Shown here piece by piece: positions 48,958 through 61,400 of a DNA stretch of 64,000 nucleotides. Each line of letters opens with the position of its first letter. Position 1 is the stretch's first letter. Source of the stretch: Klebsormidium nitens (taxonomy: Eukaryota; Plantae; Klebsormidiophyceae); assembly GCA_000708835.1 (NCBI GenBank), contig DF237024.1, forward strand, positions 124,001 through 188,000, written 5' to 3'. Under the pieces are notes generated by a model, which worked only from the letters and a program-made list of their open reading frames with translations, had not been told where the DNA came from and made no database searches. The position numbers and the translations under genes are program-made.

Positions 48958-51900
48958 CACGCTTGGGGTCTAACTCGAATTTGCAACGCAACCATTGGTG
49001 CGCTGGTCAAATGTACCGTGGCAAGCTGTCTGATAGCGCGCGCAGGGTTACTTTCGGTTCACCATGATCGGTAACGGGCTGGTTAGAAGCTGGTCACATG
49101 TCCAATGCCCAGACTCGAGCAGGAATCGGACTCCTAAGTTCGCCTGGCATTTCTACGGAAGTCGTTTTGTCCATCGTTGTCAAGCCCGTTTTGTGTAGCG
49201 ACTACGTCTAACGTTGTCACAGCCCGGTTGTTCGTTGAAGAACCGGACTCAAATCAGCCTGGTTGGCAGACAGAGCCTTCCAGTACCGAGCCCGGCGCCC
49301 CAGATCGTGTCTGGATCCAAACAGTCAAGACCACGACGTGCATGGTGCCCGCCCCCGGCCACGGCCGACTAAATTTGGCGACTCAAATTTAGTCGGCAAA
49401 TTGCTTGGCGATCGGTACGGCAAAGGCTGGACGGTTGCCCAGCCGGATGCGCAGCGTCTAAGCATAGATCCTCATGGTACGTGGCCGTGGCCGCCCGATC
49501 TAATCTCTGCACATATATGCATATTATATGCAGCATGTTCAACGACATGCGTGTGCCCAACGAATTTGTACCGTCACGTGCCATATGCCATGAGTCATGT
49601 ATGCTTCCGTATCAATGGGCACATAAACCGGTCAGCATGTACGTGCACAAGCTGCGAAACCCCATGGACATTGGGTCGCATGCCAGTTGCATGGTGCTTG
49701 GACACTTGACTCAGGATGGCCGGACGCAGGCGCAAACATTTCTTTGATCACATATCCGAGAGCACACGATCGTCTTGTGCCGCGACACGTCACGATTCGA
49801 GCTACCCAACATGGATCATTGGAAGTAACTCGCCAAAACATTATGACCATGACCCGTTGTTATCATCCGCATCTGCATCTGGCTAGGGGCGTGCTGACAA
49901 TCTCGAACATCAGACGTCTTCAATTGTGCGAGCACAATAAATCAGTCGCCGTTGTAAACAGTCAGAATGTTACTAGCAGCCATCCGAGCTCTTGGACTCG
50001 ATATTGGCAGTTCTAGTTAAGGCCACCTGCATGCTCTCTCGTACTGCTAGCACTTGAGCAAGAGAGGAGATTCATTGCAGCTGTTTGAAGACTTTCTGAG
50101 CAGCCTGGACATAGACGCAGCGTCTATTTGAGGTGAGAGAACGTTTTGTTGGCCGCCTGCAGATGATATGGAGAACGTAAGCAACCAGGCAAGCGTTCGG
50201 TCCACTTACTTGCAGCGGAACTTCAGAAGTGTGAATGCCGAAGGTTTTCGTCCAGAGTGCTGCTCAGATGAGCCTGGCCAAGTGTTTGCCTTCGATTGAG
50301 GGTACGATTTCCACCCCAGCTTTGGGGGCTCAATCGGTCTAGAGGGAAGGGCAAAGGGAGGGCACTTGCGGAAGGGGGAGAGGCGACTCACGCATTTGTC
50401 TATGCAAGACCAGAAGTCAAAGTACTGCCCTGTGCAGTGCTTCTCCCCAGTGGTGTCTTTCTCTACTCGCTCTTTACATTCCTGCAGAAAAAGCAGCGAC
50501 TTTAAGCAATCTTCCCAGTTTTTTCATTGACCGGCCAGACATAGCTGCCAAGTACCGAACCGCACATACGCTACTGTCAAGATGATTCTAACGTGCTCGT
50601 GGGTTGTGCCATCACCAGTATGGATGCGTTGTCCAAGAAACAAACAAGTGGACAGAAGCAAAGTAGTACAATAGATAAGTCGAAAGAAAAGGTCTTGAAA
50701 GCAACAAAAGGGGGTTCACATGGTCAGAGACGTCTGCATGGCTGCACTCACGTTGTACTTGAAGAGTGGCTTCGCGCACTTTGGTTTACAATCCTCTTCG
50801 ATCTCGGGCTTCAGATCCACTGGATCCTCATCGTCGGCCCTACAGAAAGGAGGTTGTTAAGGGTCACCTGAATTGATCAGCTTAGTTGGTGGACTCTGCC
50901 TCCGTTTGGTGGTCAGCGTTGTGGTTTCAGATGTTTCTTCTAGATGGGCCAAAGTGACAAACCAGGAATCTTACCGCAGCGAAGGAGACAACCCAAAAGC
51001 TGCTGACTCAGGCCTTCCAAACTAGATCAAGGTGGACACTTCATGCAGAATGGGGGAGCAATCAATCTGAATGAGCAATTGACTAGAAGCTGTCCCCTTC
51101 AGTCTATGTGTGCAGGCAAGAGAAAAACACACTTGGGGGAATAGTCAGCACCACCTCTGAAAAATTGGCCAAGAGTCGTTCGATGGTGTTGAACATTGCA
51201 GAGATGCTTCTGAGACACTACACGGGGACAGATGAGCGCGTGGTGCTCGTCAAACAGCTGACTCAAGCACAAAGAAACCGCAAGCAGCATTCCTCTGTTC
51301 CGAGAGCGCACCATAAGCGCTCCACATTGGGTAAAAACAAACGGTGGGTATCACATATGTTTTTTTCCAGTCTGCTGGCTGGTGAGGACGACCGTAAGAT
51401 GCTACAGTTCAAACAAACTTCAAAGCCCCAACATTGAGAAACATGTCGTCTTAGGGTTTCAGTATCTCTTGTTTGAACTCTGACACCTTCCTGATGAAAT
51501 TGCTGAACCGACCGCATTGAGAATTTTACGGGCGACGGAAAATGTAAACCACTATTTGCCGTTTCAATCCCATCTGAAAAGCTCACGACTGATATGACAC
51601 AAGGCCGGCCAACGTGAGCGCCTAAAAGTGGTAGACCATCAGAGCTGGCCCATCAGATTGCGACACGTTTTTCCCATGCTTGTGAAAGTCGCGCCAGTTG
51701 CGAATCGGCTTAACATAGACGCTTGACTCTCCGATCGTGCCCAGTTTACTTTTTGACGCTGATCTTTTGCAATAGCTTTGGCAAACAATGATGATCTATT
51801 GTGATCAAAGAAGATCAAGAGTTCTTATTGAAGTAAGCATTGAAAGGGGCTGGCTGAAGATGCATGCTCCAGACAAGTTCTGCCGCAGTGATGCGACTAT

Positions 51901-52609
51901 CACGAAGACACGTTTGGAGGAGAAAATTACAAGTAGATGAATCAGACAAAGCGCAAAGAGTATATTGCATTGCCCCCGCAGCCATGAGAATGGTCGTCTG
52001 CACAGCAATCCAGGCAGACCAGAAAGGAAGATAAGGTACTGCTCACATCTGAAAGCCAAGAACAGCTTACATTTTCTGAGTGAAGCGGCACGGCTAGTCG
52101 CAGCAATGCAGAGATCGTCCTTGCTGAGCAGAGTGGTGCGCCCTCGCCCTTCGTCCTGGACGATTTGCTGAGCAGCGAGCTGGCAATCAAAGTTCCTGCT
52201 CCTGCTCTGCGCAATCAAGGAGGCACTATGTAGTTAGTTGCAAACCTCTGGCAAACCAGATTGAGCGTGACAGTATTGTATCACCAACTTCGTGACAGAC
52301 CTTTGGCTTCTGCTTCCCTCGACTGCGCTGTAACGCTAGCGGGTTACTGAATGAGACCTTGGCCTTGCTCTATCGATCGTCTAACTAGCTACCTAAAAGG
52401 AAATCTTGATTTCTGAGGTGTTGAAAACCAAGCAGAACGCAAGGAGCTATGCGAGGCACTATATGGATTGTCTTTTTTGACAGCGCCGTCAGGAGTTGCA
52501 TTTCAGATAGGGGGTATCGGACAGCAAGCGCACGCAGAGTTGCTTATGCTTGAGCGCCGGTTCGGGTGGACAGAGGAGCGCACATTGTGATTTGAGATCT
52601 GTGGTGGTC

Positions 52610-55096
52610 ATGGGAGCCGCAGATCTGAAGAAGAAGGGGAAGGTGAGCAGGGTTGATTTGTTGACCAGGCAGGTTTTCCAAAATGTCCTTAGCAACATTG
52701 GACTGGCAATATTGATCGGAGAAGTCATTCTCCTCAAGAAAAAAGGTTCAGCCACTTTTGATCGGGTTCTGCGACGAATTGCATCCATCGTTCATACTTT
52801 CCTGTCAGCTCTTCCACTGTCCATCCCTTTTCCTCCTCTTTTCTGATGAGCTACTGAGTGGTGAGAAAGGGCTTGCTTGTCGGCAAAATGGAAGCCAAGT
52901 CACTGTCTTCTAATATGCTAAGCACTAACCAGCAGACAGTTTCATTCGAGTGGTGCATATACTGTTCTGCTGAGTATCATATTGCGGACCTTGTGTTGTG
53001 CGTTGCACCTGAGGGCGAGTGAAGATCCAATCCCAGCAAATGAGTGGTGATGGCTGGGCGAGCCTGAGGTCAAACCTTCAAGGTCTCCAGAGTTCATGCT
53101 GTGTCAAAGCATTCGAAGCCGTGTTGATCCGTCAGAAATGCCTATCGGATGGAAGTCATGATGTCGGGTCCGCTGCTGCAGGGGAAACCCGAGGTCAACC
53201 CCCTCGACGTCTTCGCCACCAAGGTGCGCACGCACAAGGCCCTCGAGTCGCGATGGGCCGTACTCCAGGGGAAGGAAGCGCGGGTTGAGTACTTCCGGGG
53301 CAAAGACTTTGCCGAGTTTCTGAAGAGCCAGAGCGAGCTTCTGACCTTTGCTCTTGAGAATGCTGGGGTGAGGTGGATGCCTGCCCCGGGGGGCATGAGC
53401 GACGTCGAGAAGATTGGCCAGGCGTTGATCAGGGCCAAGCTGTTGATACGGTGCGACCGGCTGAACAAGACAATCCGCCCCGGGAAGAAGAAGCTGTCCA
53501 AGTTTCCGGCGAGGCTCGTGGAGTACCAGGTGAGGGTCGTCATAAGCTCGTAGTGTCTACTCGGTGCATGCAGAGAAACAGTTCCCTTTTGATTGTTAAA
53601 GGGAGTGACAACTCTAATTCACTGAAGCCAGCCAAACGCTTTTTGGGGTGGGGGGCATGGGTTTATTGGTTAGTTGTTCTTGTCTTGTTGAAGGCCTGCA
53701 TTCGAGCTCTCGTCGAATCTGCTTTTACGGTTTGGTATGCCAGGAACCTCACGCTGATTCTCAAGCTCGCTTCTCACCACTTCCTAGGTATCTTTTCTCG
53801 TGCTCAACTCCATCAAGATTCTGTCCAGATGCTGCTTCCGTAATATCCACCTCCCTCACTATGGTCTCAAGTTTCTCATCACTTTCTCCCATTCCTCTGC
53901 AGCCTGCCGTCTTCTCGGAGGAGGACGGCTTCTACGCCTGGACCTTTGAGCGCAAGATGTCTGCGTTGCAGTGGGCGCTCTCAGCGATCGTCCCCATCTT
54001 CACCCTCAGCGCGTGCCTCTTCCCCGTCTTCCCGCGCATCGTCAAAGTCGGCGTGCTCTACTTCTGCATCTTCTTGCTCAGCTTCATCTTCGGGCTGCTT
54101 CTAGGTACGGCTTTCCTCCCCTCTCCCACATTTTCGTGCTTTCCGTCTCTTCACTTTCTCATTGCTTTTTTGGCCTGCCGTTCTGCATATGGTATCCGTT
54201 CTTGTTCTTATCACAGTGCGATTTCCGTGATGTGTTTGGTCATGGTCTTTCTGTGAAGCTTCACTCTGGCCTCTCTCCCCATGCTTTCTTGTTCTGGTTT
54301 TCCCTTCCCCTCCGTTCTGTTCAGCTTCTCATGTTGGTTGCAGCTGCTTAGTTAGCCTCTACTTGTATGCGGCCGTGTCTTTGTGGTGTAACAGTTTAAA
54401 AACCTTGGCGGGCCAGAGAGTTAAGCTTGTAACGGACGCTTTCGTCGAAGAGTCTCTTCTGACAAACATTTTGGTTTTAACACATAGATATTGACACGAA
54501 CGGGGGAGGCATGGTTGGCAGTGAAAGTTTACCGCCAGGCTTACACCAGGCTCACTCAGCGCCCCATCGCAAAACCCCCTGCAGTACGCGCGGTCATCTT
54601 CTCCCTCTCCTGGATGCTCCTGGGCAAGCGGTACTGGTTCCTGCCCAACATCTTCTCCGACGACGTCGCCACCATCAAGGAGCTCTTCCGCGTCCTCCCG
54701 ACCAAGGACGACGAGGACCCGCCCAAATGGACGTCGCGCATCCTGGCGGCATTCTTGGCGGCGGGCTTCGTGTGGATTCTGGCGCGGCACGGGCCCGGGG
54801 AGGACCAGCGGAAACGGATGAGCGGAAAGGTGACGAACACCCTGCACGAGTGGTTGGAGTGGAACCCGGCGCAGATCAGTGGCAACGTCACGGCAGCGGC
54901 GAATGTGACGAGTCCGAACGTGACAGAAGATGCGAACTTGACGGAAGGAATAGTGGATGAGAAGGTGGGGCCGGGGAACGATTCAGGTGGTGAGGAAGGT
55001 CTGACGAGTAAGGAGGAGGTAATTGAGGACATCAAGGGAGGGCCAAGGCAAGACGAGAAGGACCCTGAGATAGATCAACAAAGACACGAGCTTTAG
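52610..55096 (+). CDS. SEC62: Translocation protein Sec62
   Basis: Exons 52610-52642, 53182-53529, 53903-54104 and 54585-55096: FATKVRTHKALESRWAVLQG..RVEYFRGKDF, RCDRLNKTIRPGKKKLSKFPARL, FYAWTFER, LSACLFPVFP, YWFLPNIF, plus TM helices. Confidence 0.95.
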
Positions 55097-55919
55097 GCTC
55101 TCCGCGTCTTGTATCACAAAGATCTGGCTAAAAAGAGTGCCAGCCTTCAATAAGCCCGCCCTGAACAGTCCTGTTGACGAAATGAGTTTCATTTTTGAGC
55201 TTTAGATGTACGGTCAACGCGTTGGGCTGTCGCTTGACCTCCTCACCTGTTGCTTCAACAATGTTATAATGCGTGGGCGCCTCGTGTTGGGCGCCCGTTG
55301 CACCACTGAGGCCTGCATTCCGACGTCGTCTGATCATTGAAGTAAGGATTTGAGGACACATGACAATAATCATATATAGCATCTGCTAAGTCGATTTTTG
55401 AATGACTAGCTAAAGGACAGATATGCAACATGTTGCAATTTGACTATACACAATTTGGGCCGCATTCACGCGAGGAAACCATTATGTTTTTAGGCGGCGC
55501 GGCCCAGTTCAGGTATGCTCAAACGGGACTTATCATGGCCTTTGATAAAGGAATTCTTGTCCAAATGTATATGACACTTGTAACCAGAAACTAGCCTCTA
55601 TTATATCTCCGACCGGATATGACAATCATCATGAAATAGTAGTGGTGTGTATGGTGAATAACAAAGGAGTTTCGATTGCTTAGATATGGAGTGTTCTATA
55701 TATAATCATAGGTCAGTTAGAGGCCCGAGGAGCATAGATATACCGGCCAGTGCCAATAAAAGATTTTCGACCCGCACCTCAAACAAGGGTCGGATTGATC
55801 ATTGTACATTGTGGCTAGATTGCTGACCGGACGTACTTGACAAACGGGTAGGCGAATTTGATTTTGGCCGTTCTGATAGCGCATTGGCTTCGGTGCATGT
55901 TTAATGCACATTCAACTTG

Positions 55920-57105
55920 GGCATCGTGTCAGAACACATGTGCAAGGGCGTCCGGAACTCCGAAAATCGGCCCTCGAGGGGGGGGGCCTGGTGGCTGGTG
56001 GGGGCAATGTAACGATTACGACTGGTTAAGCCTAACCTCGTTCTCGACAGGATTTCGTCAACCTGCGGGTTAGCGAAACGGCGGTGGTTACGTCTTAACG
56101 ACGCACTGCGTGGCTGTCTGCAAGACGCCGTAATATCCCGGATGGATCGGCTTCAGTGAGCCGATGTCACCGTTCAGGATAAGTTGTGTTCGGCTTCGCC
56201 GTTCGATGCAGCCAAGCTTATCTGTGNNNNNNNNNNNNNNNNNNNNNNNNNNNNNNNNNNNNNNNNNNNNNNNNNNNNNNNNNNNNNNNNNNNNNNNNNN
56301 NNNNNNNNNNNNNNNNNNNNNNNNNNNNNNNNNNNNNNNNNNNNNNNNNNNNNNNNNNNNNNNNNNNNNNNNNNNNNNNNNNNNNNNNNNNNNNNNNNNN
56401 NNNNNNNNNNNNNNNNNNNNNNNNNNNNNNNNNNNNNNNNNNNNNNNNNNNNNNNNNNNNNNNNNNNNNNNNNNNNNNNNNNNNNNNNNNNNNNNNNNNN
56501 NNNNNNNNNNNNNNNNNNNNNNNNNNNNNNNNNNNNNNNNNNNNNNNNNNNNNNNNNNNNNNNNNNNNNNNNNNNNNNNNNNNNNNNNNNNNNNNNNNNN
56601 NNNNNNNNNNNNNNNNNNNNNNNNNNNNNNNNNNNNNNNNNNNNNNNNNNNNNNNNNNNNNNNNNNNNNNNNNNNNNNNNNNNNNNNNNNNNNNNNNNNN
56701 NNNNNNNNNNNNNNNNNNNNNNNNNNNNNNNNNNNNNNNNNNNNNNNNNNNNNNNNNNNNNNNNNNNNNNNNNNNNNNNNNNNNNNNNNNNNNNNNNNNN
56801 NNNNNNNNNNNNNNNNNNNNNNNNNNNNNNNNNNNNNNNNNNNNNNNNNNNNNNNNNNNNNNNNNNNNNNNNNNNNNNNNNNNNNNNNNNNNNNNNNNNN
56901 NNNNNNNNNNNNNNNNNNNNNNNNNNNNNNNNNNNNNNNNNNNNNNNNNNNNNNNNNNNNNNNNNNNNNNNNNNNNAGGCAATATGTAGGGGCGAAATTA
57001 CCCCACCTAGGTAAAATCATGATTTGAAGGGGGAGGAGGGGGCTGGTGGCCGGTTTTATTTTCGGAGTTCCGGACGCCCCTGCACACATGGTTTGACACG
57101 ATGCC
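55920..57105. mobile_element. Non-autonomous TIR DNA element (48-bp TIRs, 3-bp TTG TSD; PIF/Harbinger-like) spanning an assembly gap
   Basis: 55920-55967 is the reverse complement of 57058-57105 at 43/48 positions. TTG lies at 55917-55919 and 57106-57108, and the interior holds 750 N. Confidence 0.65.
56227..56976. other. Assembly gap (750 N)
   Basis: Run of N. Confidence 1.
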
Positions 57106-57771
57106 TTGGGGTCCCGATAAATCCGTTGGACGGTCAGTCAGCTTGGCTGGTGAAATTGGCAACGTCATGCTGACGGGTTTTTGAAACATGGCTGCCAAGC
57201 TCACGTGCTTCCTTGTTGGACCTAGTTTCATAGTTTACTGTTCGCGGCGGCGCTCCTCATCAAGGTGCATGTCCAAGATTCACATTAGCCTAACCTTGTA
57301 AGAAGCAGTAAAGTAGTAAGTTACTTTGCAAGCTTGAAGCTGTGGACACTTTCAAATGTTCAAAGATGCTCATCACGGGTCATTTCCCGGTCATTTACCC
57401 ACTTTGTGAAGGCTGTAAAGTGTATCGAATGGTTTTCGGAGCGCAGAAAGCTTGTTATTCTCCCGCTATTCTGCCCTCGCTATAAGCCTTCTGCAGCCTG
57501 GCTTGGTTCTCATTAGAAAGCATGTTGAATTCATTGAATGTCTAGGTTGTATCCGCTGGAAACGGGAGAAAGAAGGAAGCTCCATGCGGAGAACCTTAGT
57601 AGGCTTTGAGCTGCCAGACCTCACCCGAGACGTCTGCAGGATAGAGGTGCCATGGCTCCTGCAGCCATTGCTACCTGCTAAGGTCGCGACCACGGCTTTG
57701 TCCCAGTTAGTATTCGTGTCTATGATGATCTGCAAAACTATAGGGAAGGATGATCAAAAAGAGGTTTCTGG

Positions 57772-57853
57772 CGTCGACAGCAGGGTTCGAACCTGCGCGG
57801 GCGTAGCCCAATAGATTTCAAGTCTATCCCCTTAACCACTCGGGCATATCGAC
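57772..57853 (-). tRNA. trnS-UGA: tRNA-Ser (UGA)
   Basis: The reverse complement is GTCGATATGCCCGAGTGGTTAAGGGGATAGACTTGAAATCTATTGGGCTACGCCCGCGCAGGTTCGAACCCTGCTGTCGACG. It has a 7-bp acceptor stem, TGA anticodon, long variable arm, GTTCGAA T-loop and a downstream T5 Pol III terminator. Confidence 0.97.
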
Positions 57854-58428
57854 TCGGGAGCACCATCAAAGAGCCTAATAAATCTAAGACACAAACTAAG
57901 AGCTTCTCAGTTTTCAAACATGTCGGGGGGGCTGGCGCCCCCCGAACCCCCCCGCTTTAAAATATTTACGTACCGGTACGTAGCTACCGGTACTATTAGC
58001 AGCTAGTAACGTGCACGGTACATGACAATACGGAGTACGGTATACAGGCCCAGCTACTTCCTGCAACTGATCTCTCGGGAGCGGGGCTGGCACAACCTGA
58101 AAATCCTCTGTAATTAATTAAGTTCGTCACCGCAACGGACCACGTCATCAAGAAAATGCTGCATTCTGATTGGCCCCGCTTCGCGCCACTCTGTTTGTCC
58201 ATGTACCACTCTCACAGTCTCAAGCAAAGCAGCCATTGGGCCCCTTCTAGTCCTACAATCTCAGAAGGCCGACTTAAAACCTCATTTTAGTTTCAATCTG
58301 CTACCGCCACTACTGATAGTAAGGCATAGGCATAACAAGGCAAGCGCTGACCCCACGTGCTTAGTGTGCAGCTGACTGGTTACAACAAAAGGAAAGTTAT
58401 TTCTCTGAGTTTGCAATAGTTGGCCACG

Positions 58429-61400
58429 ATGAGGCGCTCTGCAAGGCACGTGAAGAAGCTGGTGGTGGAGCGAGATGAAGCGGAGGACGAGGCTTCCAGC
58501 GAAGAGGAGATTGAAGAGGAAGAAGTGGAGGAGGAGGATGAAGTCGCAGAAGAAGTAGAAGAGGAGGTAAGCGCGCCCATTAGAAGGGCCTGGAGCAATG
58601 AATGAACGGGTGGCGATTATTGGCTTCTGAGTGTGCAGCGTAGTCTCTTTCACGGGATGACTAATTATTGAAACTATGCGCATCAGGAGTGAGTCACCTT
58701 CTCCCTATTATGGGTTTAATTGAATTTGAACGGTTTTATGATGGTTGGATTGGAATAGTTGCCGAAACAGGACGTGGGCCCTCAAAGTCCTGTGATGGAC
58801 TTCATCGCTTTGTGGCAGAAGGGCAATGCTGCCAATTGTTTTCTTTGGGTTCGCTTCTTCTTGTCATGGTGGCATTATTCCATGCTGCCCTCTTCGTCTC
58901 GTGGGCGAATTCCAGGTGTCGAAGCACATAGCTACCTACCCCTTGCTAGCTGGCAGGTTTTTTGTTGAGGGGGTACTAAGTTACCATGCGCTTTTGGATT
59001 TGCTTGTTTGCCAAATCAAGCGCTGTTTAGGCCGTGCTCGTTTCGCTGGTCTAGCCTCCAAAGACTTCTATGTGGAACGAGGCGGAATTACTGTATAGTC
59101 ACAGGTGGGAAAAGCTTAACTGGGCAGCCTATATGGGCTGATTCAGTACCCCGCATCGAGCGCCCTTACCCATGGCTACAGGTTTGGAGATGTGGGCACC
59201 GTGGTCCTTTTCATGCTGATTTTCTGGGATTGTTCCTAGACCATATAAAGCTCAAAATGCATCGGACACTATCTGGCTTTCCTATTACATCTGGGGGTGG
59301 AAAGTAAAGACTATCCGTAGTCCAGAAGCAGAACTTGGTTTTACCTACCTGATAGTGCAGTCTGAAACCAGTTTGGCGAAGGGTTTCTGGAAGTCAAGCT
59401 CCTACACTGCTACAGAGTCATAAGAGCAGGGACCTCACCTTGGGTTTCAATGGGTTCAGAATCTGTGCCCGACAATGTTGCCATTGACCTGAGCCCATAT
59501 AAGAGGTGAGAATTCTCCTTTCCTTGGACCAACATGATCTACGCCCTGAACCTAACAATGTCTTTGTCGTTGCCAGGAGGATGAGGAGGAGGGGGGTGAA
59601 GAAGAAGCAGAGGAAGAGCCCCCTGAAGAAGAAGAGCCCGTAAAGAAAAAGAAGAAGCCCATCTCAATCAGTCTCAAAGGCGGCAACATTTGCAAGGTAC
59701 GGAATCTTTAGATGGACTTCTCGGGGCTTTGACTTCAGTGAAGGCTCATCATTATTGCTTTTGCAATTGTGTAAGTCGAGTGTCCTCCTCGTTCCTTGAT
59801 TCTCTAAGTTGCTGTAATAGATTTGGCCATCAGAAGCCTCTGTTGAGAAGCTGCAAGTGGCTGCGCGCGGTAAAAGACACTGCTTCCCGGAGAACCGCTT
59901 TTCCTCCAACCCTGCTACTTTTAAACCTGCGCTACGATCAGAGCCATACGATCAGGGCCCTTGCAGAGCTGCCCGATTGTTGCACTTTGCGACGATCTCC
60001 ATACTGACTCCCAAACCTTTGTCGTCCGTTTTCTAAGCCATTTCCACTTGAACACGGCTTCATGCTGCTATGGGAGTCAGAACGCTCACTGCCAGCTCAA
60101 ACCCTTTGCGCAGGTTTGTAAGAAGACGGGCCACCAGGCGGGTTTCGTTGGGTCCATCTACATGGACTGTCCAAACAAGCCGTGCTACCTATGCAAACTC
60201 CCTGGTAAGCATGAGGACTGGCGGCTTGTAAGTTGCTCGTGGATTTCTCAGACGGGGTTGGCAAGTTGCAGTAAACCGTTGACAGATTGTGTGGGTTGCT
60301 TACCCGCCTTCGTGAAGCCGTTCATACTTGTGACATCATTCTGGCAGGCCACACGACGATGACGTGTCCCTACCGGACGGCGCCCGAGCACGGGTCGACG
60401 CCCGCCGTCCGACGGCAGTCCGGCGGAATGATTGACGTCGTTCGAAACATGCAGATAAACGGACAGCGGCAAGAGGTGAGCTCCTGCGTTTCTTTGTTGA
60501 TTCCTTAAAACTTTGCCGTTCTTCGCTTTAGTCGCTGGTTTCTGACTTTCCTTCCGCTTGGGGGTGGTCGTTCTGGATGGTCGACGTTTCTGAGAAAACA
60601 GAGCGGCACGTGGCGTTAAATGGGGGGCTTCTTGAGTTTTCTGCTTAATTCGCTTCGAAAGCCTTACTTCAGTTCCCACGTTTTGTTTTGAACACCTGTT
60701 AAGACGAGGAACGCAGCGTCCTTCCAGAGAAAACAGAACCGTGATCATTCTCTTCATTCTCTTCGTCGCGTGTCCAGTTCAAGAAGCTCGCCAATCTGAA
60801 GCTGCGCGATGATATCTTATGTTGGATATTATCGCTCCCTTTCTCAAACTATTTCACTTGCCTTCTTTCGGGGTTATGAGGTGATTATTCTTGACGCAGT
60901 GGTAACCCTCGGTTTTCCAGGTTAAGAAGCTACCCCCAATCCCAAACCGTGTTGATGCCGCCGTCCTGAAGCTGCACAGCCGGCGGGTGACGTCACTCGA
61001 GTTCCACCCTACGAAGGACAACATTATTGTTTCGGGCGATAAGAAGGGCCAGATCGGCATCTGGGACTTTGAGAAAGTGTACGATAAGACGGTCTACGAT
61101 ACGACTCACCGAGCGCTTGTAAATAGCATCAAGTGAGCGCTCTTTGACATCGTTGTCACAAGCACGAGCCCTTGTCTCATCCTTTGCCTCTGCCTGTGTT
61201 GTGGAGCCTGTTTCCGCGTTTCAGATGGTCATTCCCGGTCATTTCCAGCTTTGGGAGCCGTTTATGAAACTGCTGGCACGAAGTTGCAGGACGCTTATCG
61301 AGGCTACGAAACCTCTTATCTCGTTTCAAACGTTCTCTCTCAAGTTTGAAGCTCTTCCTGTTTTGGTGTGCGTGCCCTGTCTCGATATACAGCTACAGTA

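Noticed and set aside
49980-50016. Possible Helitron 3' end (short hairpin + CTAG)
   Set aside because: The stem is only 4-5 bp and no matching 5' TC terminus or other support was found.
50593-51437. Short ORFs 50593-50871 and 51108-51437 as a small gene
   Set aside because: No recognisable motif, weak codon bias, and no consistent splice chain.
56088-57089. Long ORFs of 254-333 aa
   Set aside because: Artefacts of translating through N runs.
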